Assembly (NCBI RefSeq): GCF_964188315.1
Contig: NC_135656.1
Span: 70,990,001-71,054,000, forward strand
Length of the DNA stretch: 64,000 nucleotides
Reading direction: 5' to 3'
Source: Podarcis muralis
Lineage: Eukaryota
Part shown: positions 51,280-62,625 of the stretch, piece by piece
How the letters are laid out: every line of letters begins with the position of its first letter
Position numbering within the stretch: the stretch's first letter is position 1
Made by a program: the position numbers and the translations under genes
The notes under the pieces: model-generated
Database searches by the model: none
What the model was told of the DNA's origin: nothing
Seen by the model: only the letters and a program-made list of their open reading frames with translations

Positions 51280-53317
51280 TTTTAACCATTCGGTGAGTTA
51301 TAGCCCCCATCTGCACTCTACTTTCAAAGCAGGACCATACCACTTTAAATAGTCTTGGTTTCTGCCATAGAATCCTGGAAAGTGTAGCTTGTTAAGGGTG
51401 CTGATCCCTTGGAGGAATCTGGTGTCCTAAGTCAGAGCAGACAGTCCTGGGCCAGATGGTGCAATTCATTGTAAGGTAACTTCACATACTGTATATCTCA
51501 GCCTTAATGTTAAACTGCAGCCTGTAAAGAACGCCAGTGCACTCAAGTGGCCCTAGCCTTCTTCTGGGGAGTCAGCCATTATCCAAAGATAACTGGAGGC
51601 TGGTCAGTTTCTTGGCCCAATTAAACATGTTGCTTTTAACCACTGAAGCTCTAAATAGCTTGGGGCTTACCCAAAGGATCCTCACCTTATTCCATATATA
51701 CCTACATGATTGATCCTCAAGCTCTTCATTTGACCCCTTCTCCAAGTTTCCTTGCTACCAAAATGCAATAGGTGGCCACTAGGAAGGAGGCCTTTTGGGT
51801 GGTCATAACCTATTTTCGTAGTGTCCTTCTGCCTGGTGCTACATTATGGCACCTGGTAAACACATTTGGTAAACACAAATACATTTGGCACCTGGCAAAG
51901 GCATTTCTTATTCCCTCAGGACTTTAAAGTATAACAGTGCTGTTTTGCGTGCTTTGTAAATTCTTTCACTAACTCCTCCCCCCCTTGCTGGTTTTATATA
52001 TTGATTTTATTTATGCTGCTTGTGTTTATCTTGGCTGTTATGTTTTCTGTTCTTGTGCTGATTGTATATATTGTTTATTTATACCGTGTTTAAATTTTTC
52101 TGATTGCATTTTTAATAAGCTTGTAAACCACCCAGGGGACTTAGCTGATGGGCAGTATAGAAAAGCAATAAATAAATGAAACAGGCATATAGGGCATAAA
52201 ATGCATCTTTTGGCACGTCTAAGTGCTGTTGGGTGCCATTATTGGAGACACAGTTATCAATGTTTTCCTGCCTGGGCAGTGAGCTGCTAGGTTGCTAATT
52301 AGAACATTTGTTAGCTTCTGCTGCAGGAAAACATTTGTTGCTGCCAGCCATTTCTTCCATTTAAATAATATCTCAGATCTCCCCTTTTCAATGAAGTAGC
52401 CCCCAGTCATAGGTTGGAATCTACTGATCAGTTCCATTTACAAAAGAAGCCTTCCAAAAGTGTTAAATACCGTATATAGCAATTTACCCCAAGTGGATTT
52501 TTATTTGGAACCAGATGGCATTTAGGCTGTTCTGGTCAGATTGAAAAAAAGAGGAAATAATTAAATACAGATTATTCTGTGCAAAGAGGGCTGGTCTATA
52601 ATTTTTATTTCTGGATTTTAGCTATTAGGTCTTGTAGGATATTTGTTGGGTACTTGTGGTTGCAATCTGATATATGCACCCTTACCTGGGAGTTGCCTGT
52701 CCTTGTAACTCAATAAGGCTTAAAGACCTTACTTTTGAGTGTAGGCTTGTACAGTCAATCTTAAAATTGATGAGGTCTGGAACTTTTATCCTTTGTTACC
52801 GAGCAATGCAGTAAGTTGTAAAAGCAACTACTCTGTAAAGGTCTAGTAGCAACAAAGTCCCCCCCTCCCCCGCACACCTTGTTAGTGCAAGCTGCATCTA
52901 TTGGTTCTGCAAGATGTCCTTAGAAAAGAAAGTTGTCCTTAGAAAAGAAAGTAATTATAGTTTGGGGGTTAGCTTTGTTTCAGATGAGAAAATGGCAATG
53001 TGAGTGTGCTAAGTAACAAAATACAGCTCGATCTTTATAAGAACTGTTCAAGTATATGCTCCAGCTACACACTGGTTGAAAACCACTGGTTTACTAGGTA
53101 TGATTATTGCATATCACATCTGATAAGGTATGCACCAATTTCACCTGCTTATATGTGCAAGCACAAGGAAAACATACAAGGAGAAGCACAGATTGCACAC
53201 TCTTTGTAGAGAAATGCTTGTGTCCATGCTGCTATGTCCAGGAGATAGTCAATGTGATGTCCTCTAGAAGTTGCTGGACTTGCATCAGCTCCAGCCACTA
53301 TGGCTTATAGCCAGGGG

Positions 53318-53451
53318 TCACAGAATTGGAGAGTTGGAAGGGATCGTGAGGGTCATCTTGTCCAACCCCCTGCAATGCAGGAATCATTTGCCCAACGTGG
53401 GGCTCAAATCTATGACCCTGAGAGCCTCATGCTCTACCGACTGAGCTATCC
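53318..53451 (-). mobile_element. tRNA(Lys-like)-head SINE with CR1-derived tail
   Basis: Reverse complement ggatagctcagtcggtagagcatgaggctc...cccacgttggg...cctgcattgcagggggttggac...ttccaactc. Confidence 0.7.
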
Positions 53452-54108
53452 AGTGGATGATGGAAGTTGTAGTCCAACAACAACTGGAGGCAGTGGCTAC
53501 AGGTGATATTTTTATTTGGTAGGGCTGCATCTTTTAACCTTGCTGTTTCCCTAACAATAAGACTTCTACAGCACTTACATAGGAAAGTGTGCCATTACAC
53601 AGGCACAGTTCCATTGTTTTCTCACTGAAAAACATCCATTGTTCTCTGCACATCTATGGACCAGGGAAGAGCTTCCACTTATGATTTTCAGACCAGATTG
53701 ATTCCATACTTCTCATTTAGAAAATAAGCTACACCACATAACATACATTTTTGAATCAGGTTTTGTTTACTCATTCATTGCCAAAAACCTAAACAAATAA
53801 AAAAGCTTTTAAGATGTAAGGAATACTTGTTCTAATTGCATGCAGTTTTCCTACTCCATTAAAAAAAAAATTCATTCTAACGTTCCATTATCCAAAACAC
53901 TTCTTTCTCTAAACTAAAATGAGGTATTGGAAACAGATCTCTATTTTTTGCAACTACTCTGCTTGACTTGCACATGGTTCAGAGAAACCTACCCCACCCA
54001 ACACAGTTGTTGTTGCTGCTGCTACTGCTTTTAATAAGTAAATGCTAAATGGTCTTTTAATAAGTAAATGCTAAATGGCCAATGGTTAATACAGATATTG
54101 TTGCAACA

Positions 54109-54490
54109 CATAGAATAGAATCATAGAATCATAGAGTTGGAAGAGACCACAAGGGCCATCGAGTCCAACCCCCTGCCAAGCAGGAAACACCATCAGAGCA
54201 CTCCTGACATATGGTTGTCAAGCCTCTGCTTAAAGACCTCCAAAGACGGAGACTCCACCACACTCCTTGGCAGCAAATTCCACTGTCGAACAGCTCTTAC
54301 TGTCAGGAAGTTCTTCCTAATGTTTAGGCGGAATCTTCTTTCTTGTAGTTTGGATCCATTGCTCCGTGTCCGCTTCTCTGGAGCAGCAGAAAACAACCTT
54401 TCTCCCTCCTCTATGTGACATCCTTTTATATATTTGAACATGGCTATCATATCACCCCTTAACCTCCTCTTCTCCAGGCTAAACATGCCC
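54109..54490 (-). mobile_element. CR1 LINE 3' end (ORF2 C-terminus plus 3' UTR)
   Basis: FSLEKRRLRGDMIAMFKYIKG...RRFRLNIRKNFLTVRAVRQWNLLPRSVVESPSLEVFKQRLD, and a (ttctatga)n-type terminus. Confidence 0.93.
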
Positions 54491-54655
54491 ATATACATAT
54501 ACAACCCACCCACCATTTCTTTTCCTGCCCCCCATTCTCAAAAATAAATTCAAAATGATTAAATAAGAAATAGGTGGGTATTTATTATATTTACTATAGA
54601 AAGGGACTTAAACTGTATCCACCGTTTCTCTTTCTTCCCCTCTCCACTGCAAACT

Positions 54656-54838
54656 TAGAATCATAGAATTGTGGGGTTGGAAGGGACCTCAAGGACCATC
54701 TAGTCCAACCCCCTGCAATGCAGGAATCTCACCTAAAGCATCCATGACAGATGGCCATCCAACCTCTGCTTGGAAACCTCCAAGGAAGGTACATCCACCA
54801 CCTCCTGAGTCTGTTCCACTGCTGAACTGCTCTTCCTG
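54656..54838 (-). mobile_element. CR1 LINE 3' fragment
   Basis: tagaatcatagaattgtggggttggaagggacctc...ccatccaacctctgcttggaaacctccaagg. Confidence 0.8.
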
Positions 54839-56404
54839 ATTTATCCCAATCCCCCCTCCCCCCACCTTGCAGCTTTTGTGAAAAACACTTCCCAATAACA
54901 ACAGGGAAACTGGATATTCATTCTTTAGCAGAAATTGCATGTAAAACAAATACTATTTTTAAAAAACTCCTCAAAGTAGGGAAAGCTCACTGCTGCTTCT
55001 TTGGGTCAGGAGGTGTGCTCTTCAAGGAAATAGCTCTGTGCATGCCCGGAACACATATCTATATGATTCAGACAGACCTAGTAGGGCTATCTTGAGGCAG
55101 ACATACTAATGTTGTACAATGACTGTATGCAGTGTACTTTTTTGTTGCTTTTTTTGTCATAGGTACCTGCACAAAATGGCTACCAGTGGCAGGAAGAATA
55201 GAGGTGATGGTACTTTGTACCAATGAATACCATCACAAAATTTGCATTTGTTTCTTCCTATATGCATAAAAATGTAAGGCTGTCATCACATGGCAGTTTG
55301 TATGATTGCCAGTAGTTCACCGTTTGCAGTATGCCAAATGGCAGGTGGCCCAGGTGAGTTGTTGAACTGAGGGGGTTGGATGTTGTGAAGGACCTCCCCC
55401 TCCTTTAAACACACACCCTGTGAGGTTAATTGGCAGGGGAAAGCACTTCAAACAGTGCTGTGTGAAGTACCTCCTTCCTTTTAAAGGGGATGGGCTTTGG
55501 GCAAGCAGTGAGGGGACAGGTGAGGTGTAAAGGATGGGGAGTTGGAAAGGGGGTAGATAGGGTTGGCAAGCAGGAGTGGCAGCGCCTAGTATTTATATAT
55601 ATTTATTGGCATTTAGATACCACCCAAATGACCCATGTCCTCCCTCTGGGAAGTTCACAAGATAATGAAATGAAAATGCAACAAACTAAAAGCAATCGAT
55701 ACCGTGAAGCTGTACCAGCACAAAAATCAGCACAAACAGCTCTGCATTAAACTACACAAAGCATCTTCATTTGTAGTGGAGCTGTATTATCCTTGGTGAA
55801 CAATCTTTCCCTCTGGATCATCAGTCTTCCATATTTTCTATTTTTGCTAAAAATAAAAACACCGCAATGAACTGGATGAGCAAAGAGAGCAGCTAGGTGG
55901 ATCAATTCACACAGAAGGAGTGTTTGAGTACAGAGAATGCATCCACTACACTGAATGCATACAGGTAGCAAAAATTTAGAGAAAAGACAAAATGATTGAT
56001 AATAGTGGCATCAGGTATACTCAGCTGGCAGTTTTCATCCCGGGAGATTGGAAGGATAGTTTGTTGGCAAGATATTTAGATGTGGTGAAAATGTGGTTTT
56101 CTCCTGATTAATGATGTTAGTCACTGAATCACCAGGTTTCAAAAGTAATTAATTGATTATCAAATACTAGGGCTGCCATCCCATTAAAGAAATCTTAACT
56201 GATTAAACATGAGAGTTTTAACTGACTGATTAGTGAATTAAATCTGCATATATCTGCACTTAAAAATGATAAAGGATTATTTACTGCTGCTTAGATGGTG
56301 TTCAATTGGCAGTTGTCACCCACTGACAATCACAGCAACAACCAACTTAGAAGAGGCAGGCCCTTGTGTGTGAGGGAGAAGAAAAGAACTCCTGCTTAGA
56401 TTCC

Positions 56405-56576
56405 CTCGTAATAGCTCAGTTGGTTAGAACGTGGTGCCAATAACATCAAGATCGCAGGTTTGATCCCCATATGGGACAGCTGCATATTCCTGCATTGCAG
56501 GGGGTTGGACTAGATGATCCTCAGGGTCTCTTCTATGATTCTGTAGAGGGTCCCCCTCTACAGTTTTGATTCTATG
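56405..56576 (+). mobile_element. tRNA(Ile-like)-head SINE with CR1-derived tail
   Basis: tagctcagttggttagaacgtggtgccaataac...ggtttgatcccc, then gacagctgcatattcctgcattgcagggggttggactagatgatcc...ctatgattct. Confidence 0.75.
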
Positions 56577-56934
56577 TACACAACTATTAAAGGTGCAGAG
56601 CCCTGCCATATTTGTTACCTGGCCACCCTAGAGAGGCATGTACACCTCTTCTAAGCATTAGGCTAGAAGTGTGTGTTTGCATCTAAATACAGTACAGGTT
56701 TTTGACATGTGCATTCCATCAGCTGGCAGGGGGCTGGTAATTTACAGGATTGGAACAGGCATGGGTTCCCTGCTTGCAGTACTTAGGAAAATCCTTCATC
56801 TGAAGCTAGTAGGGGATTCTAGGGTGGTGAAAATCCCCCATTGTGGAAGATGGTGAAGTGTTATAATAATAATTTAATAATAATTTATTATTTATACCCC
56901 GCCCATCTGGCTGGGTTTCCCCAGCCACTCTGTG

Positions 56935-57920
56935 TTAGCAGGCACAGAGAGAAGACGGAACTACTCAGCTCTTATTTGGCCTTGGTTGGGTTTCTTCCTT
57001 CAAGGGAGATTGTATTTGGCCTGGAAAAAAGTGGAAGCAGAAATTTGAAATCCAGGATATGCCAGGATATGATTAGAGAATACCTAGCCTACTTTAAATG
57101 CATTAAAGACTTGGAGACAGCTTAATTACACCCAAAGGTGCTTGCAGCTATTATATCAGTGCTGTTGCCAATATATAATCTTTGAGAATTCTTGGAGAAC
57201 TGCTGAGGTACTGGAAGACTGGAGATGGGCAAATATTACCCTTATCTTCAAAAAGAGGAGAAAGACAGATCTGATGAAATATGGACTGGTCAGCCTGATG
57301 TCAGTACCAACAAAAGTTCAATGTAAAACATATTAATAAGCTGTCTAGGAGCATCTAAAAAGAAAAGTGTTATTGTTATTATTATACCCTGCCCATCTGA
57401 ATGGGTTGCCCAAGCCATTCTGAGCAGCTTTCAACAGAATATGAACAGGAGCCTGCACAGGTGAATAAAGATAAAAAGTTATGACAGACCAGCAGTATCT
57501 TCTTTTTGATAGGAATACTAGCTTGGTAGATCATGGGAATGTTCTGGGTATCATATATGTTGATTTCAGCAAAGCATTTGATAATTTCCTTCATTATATT
57601 GTTAAAATATGCTCTGCTGAAATAAAGGTCTATGATATGTGGCTGATATATGGCAGCTTCTTCAATACTTCCCAAACTTTTGAGTTTCCCCCGTTTTTTG
57701 CTTAGCTCCATTGATTGGTGTTAGTCTCTAAAAATGGAGACATTTAGGATTTCTGAAAATAAGTTAATGTTGTATGATGAATGGGATGGTTATTTGTCAC
57801 TGATGTCAGAAACTTACTTCGTAAGCGTTATCAATATTTCTTAGCCATTAGCAGTTATTGGCAACTAGTAATTTTGGATAATGGCAATCCTAGTGGAGTC
57901 ATCTAGAACTGGTGTCAAAA
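56935..57920 (+). mobile_element. Degenerate CR1 ORF2 (RT region), interrupted by an L2 tail at about 57375-57445
   Basis: Frames give REKTELLSSY, SWRTAEVLEDWRWANITLIFKK and IIYVDFSKAFD, all CR1 RT motifs, with frameshifts between them. Confidence 0.85.
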
Positions 57921-59055
57921 GTTTCTGATAGTTATTGACAGCAAGGTATCAATTCTATGTACCAGTAAAAATACCCAGCGTTTACTTACTATTAATAAAC
58001 AATTACAGACCAGTAATTCAGAGGTTGCAATGAAAGTGAATTTCTCTGGAATGCTTTGTTCTATACAGCTCAGAAGTTGGTATATAATCATTTCCTCTCT
58101 TGCTAATTGGATGTGGGCATGTATAGTTGGCCTGAAGAAATATATTGACCTCATAGAAATAGTGATGTTGCTACCTACTTTTATTGATTATTTGTGCTGG
58201 GGAGTGACACAAGTCTATGTCTCAACACACACACACATCATGGCAGTCAGAAGATGGGCACATGCCTTCGCCCAGCCCTACTAAGAATGCATTGGCTGGG
58301 CAAAGGGGCCAGGCTTCAGGATAAGGAGGCTGCCTTTGATATCCTTGCAGCTGCAGTTCCAATGCACTGGACAGGCCAAGGGCAAAAATAGCAGGTGTAC
58401 CCTCCCATTGGTCAGCTCGGGAGCGGAGGGAGGGAAAAGGAGGCGAAGCTGGCGATGGAGAGCAACCTTCAAGGCAGGGCAAGGGAAGCTGGCCTCCCAT
58501 TAGGCGAGCCGTGCATGTGCGGAAGGATGGAGTAAGGAAGAGCGTGCTCCTATTGGCCAGTTAAACGGTGGAGGGAATGAGCGCAAATTCCCATTGGCCG
58601 GGAAATAAAGGAACGGCGAGGCGTTCAGTTCGGGGCTTTGCGCCTTCTGAAGGGGAAGGTTTTTCTCTCGGCTGCCTCGCCTGGACCGCAAAAGGGCTGC
58701 TCGTCGCCGGGTTTTCGTCGTCCGGCCCTGCTCGTGCACGCGCTTGGCGGGAAGGGGGGAGGGAAACGAGCAGGGCTCGCCTGCTTCCATTGGTCGGGCC
58801 GCGCACGTGCTCGCGGAGGGCGGGCTTGAACTCTGCGCGAGCCTTCATTGGCCTCGGGTTGCGCGCCCCCGCACGGAGCGCGCTCCTTCCCTCAGCTGTG
58901 GGAGGGGTGGGCGCCTGGCTCGCGCCCCGGCGAGCGCATGCCCAGTGCGGATGGGGCAGGCGGCGATGGTGGAGCTAGGCTGATGGCGGCGCAGGAGGCG
59001 CTGCGCTGAGGACGCTCCGGGAGCCCGTCCCCATCCCGGCCGCCGCCGCCTCGCC

Positions 59056-59246
59056 ATGGGCAACGAGGCCAGCCTGGAGGGCGGTGGAGCCGAGGGGCAG
59101 CTGCCCCCCGGCCCCGCCGCCGGCCCCTCCACGACGCCCGGGGCTGCCAAGCCGCCTTCAGCACCAGGCAGCGGAGGACAGCTCCCTCCGGGCAGGGCTC
59201 CAGCCGCCGCACCGGGCCCCGCGCAGCCGCACGGACCCTCCGCCAG
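59056..59246 (+). CDS. BSN: Bassoon presynaptic cytomatrix protein, coding exon 1
   Basis: gccgccgcctcgccATGG Kozak context; MGNEASLEGGGAEGQLPPGP...AKPPSAPGSGGQLP...PSA then AG|gtggga (phase 2). Matches the recalled BSN N-terminus MGNE(V/A)SLEGG, with MGxxxS myristoylation motif. Confidence 0.92.
59157..59185 (+). promoter_or_regulatory. Non-canonical (split) REST/NRSF RE1 element within BSN exon 1
   Basis: TTCAGCACC + 10-nt spacer aggcagcgga + GGACAGCTCC; both RE1 half-sites are near consensus. Confidence 0.65.
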
Positions 59247-62200
59247 GTGGGAAGCGCAGACCGGCTGAGCCGGGCAGGAGGGGAGGGGTCGCTCGAGGGC
59301 AACTTGGTCTGTCAGGGCCGAGGAGGAGGAGGAGCAGGGCTGGAGGGAGTGGGGATTAAGGGCGAAGTGCAACTGGGGAACCCTCTGCTGCGGGGTGCCA
59401 GGTGGGGCTGGGCATGAGCTGGGAGTGCGAGAGAGGAATGGGACAGCAGAGGGCAAGGCTCAGCCTCTGGAGACGGCCGAGAGAAATGGGAGAAAAAGAC
59501 CGGGTGCAACCCGGAGGGGTCGCCAGCTCTTGTGGGGGAAGGCTCTGGACATGAGTCCTCTGTCAGAATGAGTGGATGTGGAGAAACAGAAAGATGGTTG
59601 GGCCTGGGTGGTAGCTTTGCCATGTGTGCATTATGTTAAGGGAAGCCCCTTGTTTTCAGAGGCACTCTTTCAATCCCAGAGAGTCAAGGCTCCCTAGAGC
59701 ATATTGATACCTCTTATTTCAGAACGCTGCATACTGATACCTCTTATTTTGGGAATGCTGATCTCTGACCAAGCTCTGTGATATAGTTTTGGTGGTGTCT
59801 GAAGTGGAGGAAAGGCTGTGTTGGGTGCCATTTGCGACTCATCTTTTATAGGCGAGTATGCAGGAATCTGCACATATTTGATGCAGCGAATGAGATCCAT
59901 CTAGCTGGATGGTGCTGCAAAAGGCATCGGATGGAGGACCAGATGGCACATGGGCACATACATGCATAGGATGCAGACACTTCCACAGAGTGCCGTAGTG
60001 CAGGCTAGTATCAGGGAGAGGGGAGCAGAGCAACATGAATGGGATGTTGATTACACAGAGGATGGGAAAAGTGACATGCAAAACAGAAGATCATGGTTTG
60101 TGGGTAAAGAACTAAGCAAGCACCCTTTTTCAGTGTGTGTGTTGTCAAGACTTCTGGCTTAAGTCATCTACAACATCTATAGACAAACAGGTCGCCCTTC
60201 TCACACCTAGATCATCTTGGCCAGTTAAATTGCCCTCATGCTTGTTTATAATGATACAATTGATGGTGCTTAAAGCCATTATGTTGAGTACAGTTTATAT
60301 ACCCTGCATGTGGCTGTCCTAATTGCAGACTGTTTGAAATATATATAAAAAGAATAATAGTAGTAGTTATGTAATCTCTACCTCAGTGTACAGAAATAAT
60401 AGAACAAAAACATCAATGCTCTGTGTAGTTTCTCCTAAAAAGGAAAACAAAACGTGACAGGGTGAGGGTGGAGAGTAGTATAATGATTAGTTATCATGCA
60501 GCAGAACACTACATTTAGAAGAAATTTTAAAAAATAACATTTGCTACCAATAAATATAGAACTTTGGTGTTAGAAAGCAGATAAAAATAAAAAGTTAGAG
60601 AAAAAATGAGAGTAATCTTTTTAATGTTTTGTAGTAAGATATTGGATATATATGTGTGTATGTGCTAATAGGTACTGAGCCATTTTTGTTGAAAAGCTGA
60701 GTAGAATACACTAAGAAGTGTATCACCCTTGTTCATATGTTTAAAAGGGGCTTGCGCTGTTAAATGCTCCATTATTACAAGGAGAATGCAATAGTAGATT
60801 CTGGAAGAAATCAAATTGCTTGTTTTTCTGTATTAAGGCTATGTTGAAGCAGGAACCTTCTTTATTACCCTTTAATGCCAAAAGGTCCTGCCTGAACTTG
60901 GATTTTTCTTATCATTGGATTTTTCTCATGAGTTTGTAGAAGAAATCTATTAAACTATGCTGATTGATGTTCTGTATTGATCCCTTTACATTTTTTAAAG
61001 GCAACAATTATCCATCACCTATCTTCAAATTGGTATAGATATATTTTAATAGTATCTTTAATCCTAAATCTCTTCTGAAAATGTACATAATCTGTTTGTA
61101 GAATTGTCATTTGTATGTAGAGGAAATGGTGTCAGAATTGTGATGTGGCAGTTCTTTCCCTCTTGCAGGGTAGCCTTTGCACATTACTCCTCAGCTGAGT
61201 TTAGGGGGGATGTAGGCAAAGCATGCAAGTTGTATATACAGGCATGAGAGTTAATGGGTGTTGAAATAATTAGGCAGAATGAACTTGTGTAAGATTTGGA
61301 AGGAGTGTGTGTAGTAGCTAAGCTAGCTAGCTAGCTGTAATGAAAAGGAAGAAGTGTGTTTATGTTGGGACCTGTAGCAGGATTATTTAGTTTCTGTGGC
61401 CTGGAAGGTTTCTTTAAGTCTGCAGTTCAGGCTCAATTATGCACCATAAAAGTGTTACTGATGGAGAGCTGAGTGTTTTGAAGCATCTGCGCATTGAGGC
61501 TTTTCCGTGACACTCCTGCCATGGTGTGTCGAAGAACAGAACTGGGAAGCTATCCAAGTACTAATACATCTGTGCAAACGTACTAGACACTCTTCCAAAC
61601 CCAGACAATCAGCACAACCCTGTTCTCTCAAAACAAGCATCCTATCATATCCCTGTCATAACTAATGGATGCTTATTCTGTCAGCCTTATAGTCCTTTGC
61701 TTAGGGAATGCGCAGGAGTAATCATGAATATGGGCAGTTTCCAGGGTGGTAGCCATGTTAGTCTGTTGCAGCAAAAACAACAAAGGCTAAGGATGTTAAT
61801 TAAAAGCACCTTATCCAATATTAGAAATTTCTCTGTGCAAAAAAAAAGGTGTTTGGACCTGACTTCAGTTTTAGAAAGGTTGTTTTGCTTAATGAATAAT
61901 AGAGCCTATTAGGTCAACTTACTGCACAGTATAATTAAGATTCCACATGTTTACTACCTATAAGTGTTTCAGAAGCAGGTGAGCCAAATCCATATAAAAC
62001 ATAGGAATGGGAAAATATACTATTTCAGATTTATTAATGTTGGGTAATATCCCTGTGGATGGTATCAGTACCAGGCTAGGGCCATAGCTCAGTACTAGAG
62101 CACATGCTTTCCATGCCAAAGGTCCCAGGGCTTAATCCAATAAGGGCTGGGAATAAATCTTGTCTGAAAACCCAGAGAATCACTGGCAGCCAGTGTAGCC

Positions 62201-62367
62201 AATACTAGATAGAGCAGTAGTCTTACTAGGTGCAAGACAGATTCCTATATTACCTCCTATATTGCCAGGTGCATGATGCATCTTGGTGTACCTGTCTGAA
62301 GTTTCACACTGGTCCTTGGGTTGAAATCCAGTGTGTATTTACTTGGAGGTACCGGTATTTACTTGGA

Positions 62368-62625
62368 GTTGCTTGGTCCCTGCTCCTGCCAACTTAGCTG
62401 TTTGAAAGCACGTCAAAGTGCAAGTAGATAAATAGGTACTGCTCTGGCGGGAAGGTAAACAGGGTTTCCATGCACTGTTCTGGTTCACCAAAAGCGGCTT
62501 AGTCATGCTGGCCACAAGAACCGGAAGCTGTACGCCGGCTCCCTCGGCCAATAAAGCGAGATGAGCGCCGCAACCCCAGAGTTGGCCACGACTGGACCTA
62601 ATGGTCAGGGGTCCCTTTACCTTTA
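62368..62625 (+). mobile_element. Sauria SINE (5'-truncated, young-looking)
   Basis: gcacgtcaaagtgcaagtagataaataggtac...cggctccctcggccaataaagcgagatgagcgccgcaaccccagag...ccctttaccttta; CpGs retained. Confidence 0.9.

Larger units (their letters stand above)
58480..59320. promoter_or_regulatory. BSN: CpG island / BSN promoter
   Basis: Abrupt rise in GC and CpG density. Several ATTGG boxes, GC boxes and GCGCATGC-like (NRF1-type) words lie just upstream of the BSN ATG. Confidence 0.85.

Noticed and set aside
56405-56480. Possible tRNA-Ile gene
   Set aside because: Stems are degenerate and the sequence runs straight into a CR1-type tail, so it is a SINE head, not a functional tRNA.
58568-59456. 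Several long ORFs (136-203 aa) on both strands over the CpG island
   Set aside because: Stop-poor GC-rich sequence; only the MGNEASLEGG frame matches a known protein and ends at a donor site.
52915-59750. Short local duplications (about 52915-52950, 54028-54078, 59703-59750; also 12736-12760)
   Set aside because: Two-copy 12-30-bp slippage duplications without spacers; not CRISPR-like or otherwise structured.
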